Of a DNA stretch of 64,000 nucleotides, positions 1 to 9,215 are shown piece after piece. The notes beneath the pieces were generated by a model. That model was not told the DNA's origin and ran no database searches. It saw nothing but the letters and a program-made list of their open reading frames with translations. The stretch covers positions 550,099 through 614,098 of the forward strand of contig MEWB01000001.1 of NCBI GenBank assembly GCA_001773215.1, read 5' to 3'. Every line of letters begins with the position of its first letter. Position 1 is the first letter of the stretch. The translations under genes were made by a program, and so were the position numbers. The stretch is from a candidate division WWE3 bacterium RIFOXYC1_FULL_40_10. Lineage in GTDB: Bacteria; Patescibacteriota; WWE3; UBA101185; UBA10185.

Positions 1-135
1 AGATTGTGTTGGTGGAACAGTAAAATCCAAAGATCTACCAATTAATGAATTCTGAAATAAAATGCCCGAGATGAAAATGGCACTCAAAAAGAAGTAAAGA
101 ACAAAAGGAAATACATATGCTGGTTTTATTTTCAT
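1..135 (-). CDS. 5' end of membrane protein (truncated by window edge), possibly another GT-C-type glycosyltransferase
   Basis: ATG at 135 directly follows the TAA of the radical SAM gene; manual translation MKIKPAYVFPFVLYFFLSAIFISGILFQNSLIGRSLDFTVPPTQS (TM helix, then D..P loop); not in ORF track. Confidence 0.65.
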   Translation of the reverse strand, partial: MKIKPAYVFPFVLYFFLSAIFISGILFQNSLIGRSLDFTVPPTQS

Positions 136-1593
136 TTATGACTCCTTTGACTTATTAGACAGCATCGAGTACAGCTTCCCTCCCAAGCGGCTTTGAAATA
201 CCATTAGAGCTATACGATGGATAAGGGGAACACGCGTCAAAAAATAAGCCATATATCCTAAATTAGGCCCTAGCCTAAAAACTAAGGTTTTTTTCTCGTA
301 CAGATTAAATCCCATTTTAGTGATCTTTTTCCTTTCGGCTTCCGAAAAATCATCAGTTTCAAATATTGGCCTATTATCTCGATAGGACACATATTTCAAA
401 TAATCCTCTTCCGCAACTAGAAACCTCCCGTTTTTCTTTACCCAAGTATAAGCATCCGTACCCGGGTAGGGCACTAAATTATAGAAGTTCACAAAGGCGC
501 ATGGCAGACTCTCTGCAAAAAGCAATGAATCCAAAGCAGTTCCATAGGTTTCTCCTGTATGCCCAACGATAAAGTTTATACTATGAGGAATTCCCAGATC
601 CTGACACCACTTGGAAGCCTGTAACACCTGGTTCTTTGTTATACCCTTACCAATTTCCTTCAAGATGTAGTTGTTACCCGACTCGCAGCCGAAAGTTAAG
701 AAAATACACCCTGCCTCTTTCATTTTCTTTAACAGACTAATATTTACACTGTCCACTCGGATGCCATTGTACAGAGAAAAAGTTATCCCAAGCCCGGAAC
801 TAATTATTAAGTCGCAAATCTCTTCGGCTCTTGGAACGTGTGTGGTGAAACAGTCGTCGTTAATTTCAAAATGTCTCCAGCCTTTGTTAAACCAATACTC
901 TATTTCCTCAAATACATTCTGCGCTGTTCGGAACCTAAATCCCCTGCCGTGAGATAGCCTTACCGAGCAATAGTTACAGCCATAAGGACATCCTCTGGAG
1001 GTTAGCAAAGGAAGGGTTTTGAAATCTACACATTTATACCTTTCGATCCCAAATGCTTCGTAATCGGGAAAAGGTAAATCTTCCAACTCTTCAGACGTTA
1101 AAAACGGTCTGTCTTTATTTTCTATAACTTCCCCGGATTTAGATACCCATAATAGCCCGTCGATATCAGAAAAATCACTTCTCTTTTCCCGAATAGCATT
1201 AAGAAGAGCAAGTAAGGTTTTTTCGCCCTCGTGTTTTACAGCAAAATCTGCATCTGTCTCTTCCAGGATTTGCTTTCGAGTACCCGACACATGCGGACCA
1301 CCAACAACAAGGGGTATATCACAATTTTCCTTTATCAGCTGAATCATATCGTAACCACTCTGATAACAGTAGCTGAACATCGTCACCCCAATGAGATCGG
1401 GTCTTTCGACCCTAATCGCCTCCAGCAGTTTTGCATCTGAAAATTGTATGCCATCATCAAATATGGCAACCTCAACACCGTTTTTTTTCAACCAAGAAGT
1501 TAAATAAGCTATTCCAACATGAGGATGGCCTGTAGCACCCTCATAGTCACCATACATTGACTTTAGCCTGGGGATAGCAAATAAAACCTTCAT
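136..1593 (-). CDS. B12-binding-domain radical SAM protein
   Basis: N-terminal cobalamin-binding-like domain (PHVGIAYL, VGGPHVS), SRGCPYGCNYC CxxxCxxC motif, FGCESG. Confidence 0.9.
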   Translation of the reverse strand: MKVLFAIPRLKSMYGDYEGATGHPHVGIAYLTSWLKKNGVEVAIFDDGIQFSDAKLLEAIRVERPDLIGVTMFSYCYQSGYDMIQLIKENCDIPLVVGGPHVSGTRKQILEETDADFAVKHEGEKTLLALLNAIREKRSDFSDIDGLLWVSKSGEVIENKDRPFLTSEELEDLPFPDYEAFGIERYKCVDFKTLPLLTSRGCPYGCNYCSVRLSHGRGFRFRTAQNVFEEIEYWFNKGWRHFEINDDCFTTHVPRAEEICDLIISSGLGITFSLYNGIRVDSVNISLLKKMKEAGCIFLTFGCESGNNYILKEIGKGITKNQVLQASKWCQDLGIPHSINFIVGHTGETYGTALDSLLFAESLPCAFVNFYNLVPYPGTDAYTWVKKNGRFLVAEEDYLKYVSYRDNRPIFETDDFSEAERKKITKMGFNLYEKKTLVFRLGPNLGYMAYFLTRVPLIHRIALMVFQSRLGGKLYSMLSNKSKES

Positions 1594-1808
1594 GCTACTT
1601 TCTTGCCCTCTGAATCAAACAGTTCGATGGCACCTACCGGGCACATCCTCGCGACCATCATACCCTTTTCTAAGTTCGCATCTTCTACTTCAGCCAGAGG
1701 CTCTGAAATTGATTCTTTCTCACTTACCTTAAATAAATCAGGAGAGTTTATCTCACACACACCACAACCAATGCATATATCTTTTTTGATAGTTATTTTA
1801 TATTTCAT
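1590..1808 (-). CDS. Single-cluster ferredoxin (4Fe-4S type)
   Basis: CIGCGVC plus distal CPVGAI; 72 aa; ATGA overlap with radical SAM gene. Confidence 0.88.
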   Translation of the reverse strand: MKYKITIKKDICIGCGVCEINSPDLFKVSEKESISEPLAEVEDANLEKGMMVARMCPVGAIELFDSEGKKVA

Positions 1809-1815
1809 AATTTAG

Positions 1816-4245
1816 TTACTTAATTCCCTCGACAGAAAGATCTCTAACTTGGCAGGTAGATCCTGTAATTTTACACAAATATCTAACATAGAATTTGGCT
1901 GTATTAACGTCCTCGAGAAAAATTTCATGGTTCTGGGTTGCATTATCCTCGTATGTGACATCTTTTAACCAATTAGCACCGTCCAAACTATATGAAACTG
2001 TGATCGTGTTGTTAAAAGTATACGTTTTACTATTGAGGACTATATTTGAAACCTGGGCGGGAAACTCAAAATAGTACACCAAAGGTTTTTCTGGATCCCC
2101 GGAATAGTTGAATATGATACCATCCATTGCCTGAAGCCACCCCTCGTTTGTTATCGAGTCGAATAACCATTTATTGCTTTTCTTTGTTTCCAAATCTGCC
2201 ACGTATTTATAGGAACCCCCTGATTCCTCAAAAGCCTTTGTGCCGTTTTGAGACCCATCGTACAGATTCAATCGATACAACCTAGACTCACCAGGATTAA
2301 ACTCGCGTCTCTCTGAATAATCCATTTTTAATTTGATGTATAACAATTTATCCTTAACAGGAACGGTAATTACGGGGTCATAAAAAACTTCCTTGTCACC
2401 CTCTTTTGAGTAAATAACAGAAAAGTCATTCGGATTATCTCCCGCCGACACTTCAAACGTAACTCCCGGGGGAACTGCAAACAACGTTCGTAAGCTCACT
2501 TCCGCCGGGGGCACTTTAAAAGAAAATGGGTATACTATTTCACTGTCCTTATTGTTAACACTGGCCAAATGGTAATAGCCATAGGTCATGGGTAAGTTGT
2601 AGTTTCCCAAATAGGATACTCCAACATTTTTCCAGTAACTTGCGTCTGCAAACATTTTGCTATAACTGAAATCATCATAATATTGCCACCTAACATTTGG
2701 TGAATTATCCAAAGCTATAGGCAACTTTTTCTCGAATGTAATCTCGTGAATCTGAAAATTCGCGATTTTATCTATCAACTTGTTTTTGGCTGATCCCGAT
2801 AGATACAAATTTTTGAAGTCTGGAATGCTTACGAAATAGTTCTTTCCCGGGGAATTTCGAAACCTTTCATACTCGTCTGAATCCATCAGTAGGAAATAGC
2901 TTTCCGTAAACCAAACTTTGTTCTTACTTTCGGAGCCAAAATAGAAATCAAAGAACGTATCTTCCCCATCTCTTACAAACACTCTGTCTCCCGGTACCAT
3001 TTTACCCTTTAAGTATTCGTGAACTGCTCTCCAGCTATATTCCACATTGGTGTCTAGGGGAAATCCGTAAGTTGTCCTAACCCTCAGGGGAGTAATTGCC
3101 AAAAATGTAATGAGCACCAATAACACCGATAATATCCCACGGAGGGGTACCCTTAGCCGAATTTCTTCTAAGTATTTCGACGTAAGCTCGGATATACTCC
3201 ATAGCCCGTAAGAGATTCCAAGTAGGTACACCGGTAATATGAAGAAAAAATACTTTTCCTCAAACCAATGAGAGGGCCGAACAAAATACAGCTGAAGGAA
3301 CGGGTAGAAAGTCCACAAAAGGACAAAACTTAGAAGCCTAATTTTCTTACGTCCGATCATACTCATAACCCCAAAGGCAAAAACCGTCGTATACAGAAAA
3401 AGCCGGATTCCAGGTCCCAGCCCAAACCAGGAAAACATTGCTAAATAAAACTTTAGAGAAAAATCTAAAGTGGTGCTGTCCATCTGCCGGGCTAAAGAGT
3501 ATCCCAGCTCCAGGGGATGAGAAGGACCATAGTTTACAAGTTTTGTAAAAAGCCCTACATAATAACCTGATCCAACGTTTAGAAATACGATTATACCTGC
3601 AATACAGATACCCATAAACAGCAAGAGTTGATATCTATACTTCTTTAATACAGCAGGATTCACCAAAATGTTTGCGATAAGAAAAACACCAGACATAGCG
3701 GCGACATATAGAGAAGCTGTTTGAGTAAGGATGTTAAGAATATTAGCAAGAGCGTATAACCCTAAAAACCTTACATTTATTACAGACTGCTTGAGATCGT
3801 CTAATAATCTTATTAGGTAATAGATTACTAGTAAAGTAAAAAACATGAAGTACGAATAATGGAGTATCTGCTGTGAAAATTCTACAGCCATAGGAGATAC
3901 TGCCAATAATAAAGCCGCAGAGAGTCCTACTTCATCCCCACCCAATTTTTTAGCTATCAAAAACAGCAGGTATACGGAGCTAACTCCAAACATTACTGAT
4001 GGAAGGCCTAAGGTAAACGTGTTTCTGCCAAATATGGAGAACAGCTTTACAAAGTAATAGTGAGTTGGAGTGGCGACCTCTTTGTATATTTGCACCCAAC
4101 CCCTAGAGGCCTGTTGAACCGACAGGGCTTCATCGTACCAAACATCTCTGGTAGCTAAACCCCTCATACGCAACGCCAAAGCCAAAAACAGGATCAGTAC
4201 CAGGATAATATCTTTCTTACTTAGCTTTTTAATTATTTCGTACAT
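1816..4245 (-). CDS. GT-C membrane glycosyltransferase (ArnT/PMT-like) with large C-terminal extracellular beta-rich region
   Basis: VWYDE after first TM helix, about 12 hydrophobic segments, about 300-aa soluble C-terminus. Confidence 0.8.
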   Translation of the reverse strand: MYEIIKKLSKKDIILVLILFLALALRMRGLATRDVWYDEALSVQQASRGWVQIYKEVATPTHYYFVKLFSIFGRNTFTLGLPSVMFGVSSVYLLFLIAKKLGGDEVGLSAALLLAVSPMAVEFSQQILHYSYFMFFTLLVIYYLIRLLDDLKQSVINVRFLGLYALANILNILTQTASLYVAAMSGVFLIANILVNPAVLKKYRYQLLLFMGICIAGIIVFLNVGSGYYVGLFTKLVNYGPSHPLELGYSLARQMDSTTLDFSLKFYLAMFSWFGLGPGIRLFLYTTVFAFGVMSMIGRKKIRLLSFVLLWTFYPFLQLYFVRPSHWFEEKYFFFILPVYLLGISYGLWSISELTSKYLEEIRLRVPLRGILSVLLVLITFLAITPLRVRTTYGFPLDTNVEYSWRAVHEYLKGKMVPGDRVFVRDGEDTFFDFYFGSESKNKVWFTESYFLLMDSDEYERFRNSPGKNYFVSIPDFKNLYLSGSAKNKLIDKIANFQIHEITFEKKLPIALDNSPNVRWQYYDDFSYSKMFADASYWKNVGVSYLGNYNLPMTYGYYHLASVNNKDSEIVYPFSFKVPPAEVSLRTLFAVPPGVTFEVSAGDNPNDFSVIYSKEGDKEVFYDPVITVPVKDKLLYIKLKMDYSERREFNPGESRLYRLNLYDGSQNGTKAFEESGGSYKYVADLETKKSNKWLFDSITNEGWLQAMDGIIFNYSGDPEKPLVYYFEFPAQVSNIVLNSKTYTFNNTITVSYSLDGANWLKDVTYEDNATQNHEIFLEDVNTAKFYVRYLCKITGSTCQVRDLSVEGIK

Positions 4246-6092
4246 AAAATTAGCAAATCAGCGCCCCTAACTTTTGAATTTTTTCCTTTTGAAACCAAGC
4301 CATTTATTTCTTGCTTATAGTGACTCGTGATTTTACTATTTGCATTGTGGTCAAAAAACCGGCGAGCAAATGAAAGCACGCCCATTTTGTCCCACAGGTT
4401 TAGCGCTTCCTTTGTTATTGTATATGAATAACTCACAAGCTTAAAACCCCTAGCCTCAAGTTTTTTTGCGTAGCTTTTATGATCATATAGGTGGTAATGA
4501 TTAAGCATTTTGTTTCTGTATTTAACGTAAAGGGGGATCAAAAAATTCATTTTTACTTGAGCCAACAGTTGGGATACATAAAGATACTCACTAAAATAAG
4601 CGCTTGGGGACGTAAACAAAAAGTACCCGCCAGGCTTTAATACTCTGTAAATTTCCGAGAGTGTTGCATCATTATCGGGAATGTGCTCAATTACAGAATT
4701 AGAAAAAACAAAATTCACGCTTTCATCTTTAAGCGACATCTGTTCCGCCCCTTCCAGGAAAATTTTCTCGTAACGGCAATTCTTGATTGCTTCCTCGACA
4801 TCCTTGGCCTCCCCATTGTCGACCCCGTATGTAAACTTGCCGGCAAAACACATGCTTGATATTAAGCCATCCCCGCAACCAACATCCAAGGAGGGTCCTA
4901 AAAACTCATACTCCTTTACCGATTCATACATCATTTTTAATTCCAACGCTCTAAATAGCACAGCCGAAGGGTGGTCATACACTTTAAACAACTCTTCAGT
5001 ATCTACCATTTTTACTTTCAAGGAAGGAAATTTCACTTTAGTTTCCAAATTGGCATCTGAACAAAAGATAACTCTTTGTTTAGCGACACTGTATCGATAG
5101 TCCTCTTTTATTATCACTCTGTATAATCCCACAACAGTACCAAATAGAGCGCCTAGCTGGTCCACGCTTCCGGTTCTGAAAAAATTCAAGAAATAGTAGG
5201 TATTCTGCAAAGTCAGATTCACCAAAAATCTAAATAGCTGATCGATATTCGCGATCCTAAAAAATCTAAAATAGAAAATCAGTAGGTTTTGGATTCGATG
5301 ATAAGGCGCCGGACGTGCTTTTTTTACTTTTCCCGACTCAACATGATGTTCAAGACTCACCTTGGGATCGAAAATGAGCTTATAACTGAGTCTTTGAATT
5401 TTTAGGGCTGCATCAGCTTCGTGATAATCACCCAAGCCTTTAATATAGATAGTATCAAAACCGCCGATTTGCTTTAGCAAAGAAGTTCTGGCCGACCAAT
5501 TACACGCTTCCAGGTTTGATACTTCTAGCGGCTTTTCTATTTTTAGACACTCCTTATAGTTAGACCCCAAGGTGAAAACTCCGCTCTTTAGGAAAGTGCT
5601 AACCTCATACATTTTGTTTTCGTAAAGGTAATTATTGTAAATTTTATACACCAGCTTTAAAACCCAGTTTTCGCTGTTTTTAAAGTTTTCCAATACAGCT
5701 GTAAGATCTCTGGAGTGCAGTCCGGCTTGGTTCATTATCGTAGGCCCGGTAACACCCCCAACAGCTATATCCCTTTTAAAAGCTTCCACCATACTTCTAA
5801 ACCACTCGGGATGCATGGTAGTGTCATCATCGATTCTTACAAATATCTCACATGTCGCTCGATCCAAGGCTTCGTTAGCTGCCCCGATTAAGCCACTTTT
5901 ACTTTGGATAAAATACTCAATATCAAGCTTTTTGTATGATAAAACCAATTTTTGAATTTTCTCATCATCTTTCATACCAGCCAAAAGAATAGTGAAATCT
6001 TTTAATGATTGCCTATCCAGGCTATCTAAACATTTTTTAAGGGAGTTCAATCTATTCGAAGTAGGTATAAAGATATTAGCTGCTTTACTCAT
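4233..6092 (-). CDS. GT2 glycosyltransferase fused to class I SAM-dependent methyltransferase
   Basis: IFIPTSNR/RIDDD GT2 motifs; C-terminal LDVGCGDG, SNSVIEHIPD, RVLKPGG. Confidence 0.85.
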   Translation of the reverse strand: MSKAANIFIPTSNRLNSLKKCLDSLDRQSLKDFTILLAGMKDDEKIQKLVLSYKKLDIEYFIQSKSGLIGAANEALDRATCEIFVRIDDDTTMHPEWFRSMVEAFKRDIAVGGVTGPTIMNQAGLHSRDLTAVLENFKNSENWVLKLVYKIYNNYLYENKMYEVSTFLKSGVFTLGSNYKECLKIEKPLEVSNLEACNWSARTSLLKQIGGFDTIYIKGLGDYHEADAALKIQRLSYKLIFDPKVSLEHHVESGKVKKARPAPYHRIQNLLIFYFRFFRIANIDQLFRFLVNLTLQNTYYFLNFFRTGSVDQLGALFGTVVGLYRVIIKEDYRYSVAKQRVIFCSDANLETKVKFPSLKVKMVDTEELFKVYDHPSAVLFRALELKMMYESVKEYEFLGPSLDVGCGDGLISSMCFAGKFTYGVDNGEAKDVEEAIKNCRYEKIFLEGAEQMSLKDESVNFVFSNSVIEHIPDNDATLSEIYRVLKPGGYFLFTSPSAYFSEYLYVSQLLAQVKMNFLIPLYVKYRNKMLNHYHLYDHKSYAKKLEARGFKLVSYSYTITKEALNLWDKMGVLSFARRFFDHNANSKITSHYKQEINGLVSKGKNSKVRGADLLILCTK

Positions 6093-7132
6093 TTTGTTTT
6101 TACGAAACCTTCTGCATTTCCAACTTTATGAACTTTCAACACTTTTGCTAAAAAATAACTTAACTCCTTCTTTCTCATAACTATCCTAAACAAATCATGG
6201 TCAGATACCGTCCTAATGCCCTGAATCCTTTTTCGCTTAATCAGTGTACTCTCAAGATTAGTTATATTCCAAAATATCGCCTGGTGGATCCACAAAAAAG
6301 GTTTGTAATCCCCTCTAAGCAATGAGTACCAAGCAAGCCCAAGCCATAAAAACAAGTGTATCGGCAGTATCCTGGCTAAACTCCCGCCCTCCAAATTCTT
6401 AATTAACGTTAATATATAGTTCTTTGTTCCATGAAACTTGGCATTATAATTGTTTTTGCTTTTTCCAAGTATCACTGTGCTTGTGCCAAATTCATGAAAA
6501 ACCACTGAAGCAGGAATATACACAGCTTTAAACCCCGCTAACCAGGATCTCCAACCCAGGTCAGTTTCTTCCACATATATAAAGTAATCTTTATCGAAAC
6601 CTTCGATCTTTTCGAAAGTCTCCTTTCGTATGAACATGCCCGCAGATTTAGCAGCCAATATAGGAACACTTTCGTTAAATTCACCATTATCTAGCTCCCC
6701 TGCCTTAACTCTTTGAACTAAAAACCCGTTTTGGCCTATATATTCCCCAACGTAGTCAAGTTTGTTACGTTCTTTCGACAAAATCAGCTTACATTGTACT
6801 ATGCCTGTATTAGGGTCTGAGTCTAGCGCTTTGGCTGCCTCATTTTCCCAATTTGGATCAACCAAAGTGTCGTTGTCCAAGAATCCCAAATATCTACCTT
6901 CACTAACCTCAACGCCTTTATTTCGAGCATACGCAGGGCCATAGTTTTTGTCCAAAGCCACCACTTTTATTTGCTTATATTTGTCTTTAAGAAAGTCAAC
7001 GGTTCCATCATCAGAACCATTATCGACTACAATTACTTCCAGATCAGTCGAGTTAGCCGAAAGAACTGAGTTAACGCATGCATCCACGTAGTTTTTCCCA
7101 TTGTACGTTACTATAATTACCGAGGATCTCAC
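6089..7132 (-). CDS. GT2 glycosyltransferase (rhamnosyltransferase-like)
   Basis: SVIIVTYN, VDNGSDD, FLDND, FIYVEETDL. Confidence 0.88.
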   Translation of the reverse strand: MRSSVIIVTYNGKNYVDACVNSVLSANSTDLEVIVVDNGSDDGTVDFLKDKYKQIKVVALDKNYGPAYARNKGVEVSEGRYLGFLDNDTLVDPNWENEAAKALDSDPNTGIVQCKLILSKERNKLDYVGEYIGQNGFLVQRVKAGELDNGEFNESVPILAAKSAGMFIRKETFEKIEGFDKDYFIYVEETDLGWRSWLAGFKAVYIPASVVFHEFGTSTVILGKSKNNYNAKFHGTKNYILTLIKNLEGGSLARILPIHLFLWLGLAWYSLLRGDYKPFLWIHQAIFWNITNLESTLIKRKRIQGIRTVSDHDLFRIVMRKKELSYFLAKVLKVHKVGNAEGFVKTK

Positions 7133-8280
7133 TTCCCGATAGCCTCCCTATACCACTCCAGGTATATTCGGGCTGTGTTTTCAGGCGAACGCTCTTTAGC
7201 TTTTTTTAGTGTTGCCTGTTCTATCTGCTTAACCACCTCGGGATTCTCCGCTATATATTTGAACGCATCATGCCATTTATCGTTTTCAATCAAATAGCCG
7301 GTTTTCAAGTGATCTAAATCTTCAATAAAATGCCCTATTTTAGTGGCAATAACACATTTTCCATAACTTGCGGCATGGAACAAAGGCCCGCTTGACCCCA
7401 TAGATAGTATTGCCGGATTACAAACAGCATACGCCTTTTCATATAGGTCGTCCTGCTGTTCCATATTAATAAATCCCTTCATTTCTACTTTCCCCTTCAT
7501 CGCAGTCCCTTCTATCTGGTTCTTGATTTCGTCAAAAGCCTCCTCCTGCCCTTTTATAATGCCGCCAGCCAATATCAATCTAAAATCTGAATGCGGGTTG
7601 GCCGTTAAGTATTTTTGAAACCCATCCAGTAAGTAACCTAACCCTTTTCTTCTAGCCATATAACCAAAGTAGAAAAAATAATGTTCTTTAGGTAAATTTC
7701 GTAACCTCTTTTGAGGAATTGCTATTGGTATAACTTTTACTCTTTTAGCATCAACCCCATAATCCGTACTAATAATTTTTCGGGTAAGCTCTGTGTGAAC
7801 TATTTGTCTGCCCGAAAGCAGTGAAATAGATTTGTAAATATAATGAAAGGCTAATGAAACCATAAAAGGTTTAACGTACTTTGGGTTTTGATGAAATATT
7901 CTAATTAGCTCGTGATCAATTTGTTTTTTATAAACCGCAGCATGAACAGTGACAACCGTTTTAAATCCCATTATTTTTAACATGAGTAAAAGGAGTGGAA
8001 AAAACATAGCCGTAATCAATCCCCCATACATATTTAGCTCATGTTGCAGGTGTATCAAATCAGGTTTGTCGGCCAATACCTGCCTAAGTATTTCATAAAC
8101 ATACGATAGTGACTTCGACCAGACAAGTTTAATCTCCCCACACCCTTGAATTTCCAAATTTTTGGGATCCTTATCTGCATAAACGATTAGCTCAATACCA
8201 GGATTGTTGGCAAGCCCACTCGTAATTGATTGCGAATAATGACCAACAGGCAACATTCCGGATATAAATACTACTTTCAT
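7129..8280 (-). CDS. GT4 glycosyltransferase
   Basis: GT-B features: HLQHE, TVHA, FGYMARRKG, VIATKIG. Confidence 0.8.
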   Translation of the reverse strand: MKVVFISGMLPVGHYSQSITSGLANNPGIELIVYADKDPKNLEIQGCGEIKLVWSKSLSYVYEILRQVLADKPDLIHLQHELNMYGGLITAMFFPLLLLMLKIMGFKTVVTVHAAVYKKQIDHELIRIFHQNPKYVKPFMVSLAFHYIYKSISLLSGRQIVHTELTRKIISTDYGVDAKRVKVIPIAIPQKRLRNLPKEHYFFYFGYMARRKGLGYLLDGFQKYLTANPHSDFRLILAGGIIKGQEEAFDEIKNQIEGTAMKGKVEMKGFINMEQQDDLYEKAYAVCNPAILSMGSSGPLFHAASYGKCVIATKIGHFIEDLDHLKTGYLIENDKWHDAFKYIAENPEVVKQIEQATLKKAKERSPENTARIYLEWYREAIGK

Positions 8281-9215
8281 ATTTTCATTTTTTCCTCAAT
8301 TATATTCTCGATCATTTTCTCAAAAGTCACACTTGGAGTCCAACCGGTTAATTTTCTTAACTTTGTATTGTCTCCCACCACAGGGTTTCTTCTTCTGGTC
8401 AAAACTTGATTGTTTTCTTTAACATGTTTTTGCCAGTCAAGCTTTAAATAGTCAAAAACTATGCGAACAAAATCCCTCACTGTGTGCTTATTACCTGTCG
8501 AAACCACAAAGTCGCCGGGCACACCAAGCTGTAGTACCCTCCACATTGCTTCCACGTAGTCGGGAGCATATCCCCAATCTACTTCGGCATCCAAATCACC
8601 CAACACTAATTCTGTTTCCAAACCTCTCTTTATTTCCAAGGCGGTCTTAATTATCTTCATGGTAACAAATTTCTCCTCTCTTAATACAGACTCATGGTTA
8701 AATAGAATCACGTTGGAAATAAACATTCCTTGAGTATCCCGATACATTTTTCCTAACTGCATCCCACTATATTTAGTTATAGCATAAGGGTTTTTTGGAT
8801 CCACCGGTGTATCCTCACAAACCATCTCCTTGCTAGGGTCTCCAAAAATTAGCGATGAGGATGCATAAAGTACTTTTGTATGTACAGACTCCTGTTTTAT
8901 AGCTTCCAAAAAGTTGGTGTAACCTTTAACATGAACGTCGAAGCTTTTTTCCACTAGTTTAGCCCCATCAATCGCTGTGTCTTGCGAAGAGTGGTGATAG
9001 GCAGCCAGGTAGTATAATTCATCTGGTTTGGTATTTTTTATCAAGCCTGCCACCATAGCTGAATCCAGGATATCTACTTTTGAAATCCACTCAAATCTGG
9101 TTTCGTCAAAATAATCCAAGTCCAGTCCTAATAAACCGTAATTCTTTCCCCTCAATAGCGAAGTGAGTAATACACCATCCTGGCCTTTACTCCCAACTAT
9201 TATTGCTTTGCTCAT
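8277..9215 (-). CDS. Gmd-like extended SDR, probably GDP-4-keto-6-deoxyhexose reductase
   Basis: GSKGQDG, YAITK (YxxxK), [18 protein letters not shown]; Gmd ASTSE replaced by ASSSL. Confidence 0.75.
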   Translation of the reverse strand: MSKAIIVGSKGQDGVLLTSLLRGKNYGLLGLDLDYFDETRFEWISKVDILDSAMVAGLIKNTKPDELYYLAAYHHSSQDTAIDGAKLVEKSFDVHVKGYTNFLEAIKQESVHTKVLYASSSLIFGDPSKEMVCEDTPVDPKNPYAITKYSGMQLGKMYRDTQGMFISNVILFNHESVLREEKFVTMKIIKTALEIKRGLETELVLGDLDAEVDWGYAPDYVEAMWRVLQLGVPGDFVVSTGNKHTVRDFVRIVFDYLKLDWQKHVKENNQVLTRRRNPVVGDNTKLRKLTGWTPSVTFEKMIENIIEEKMKI

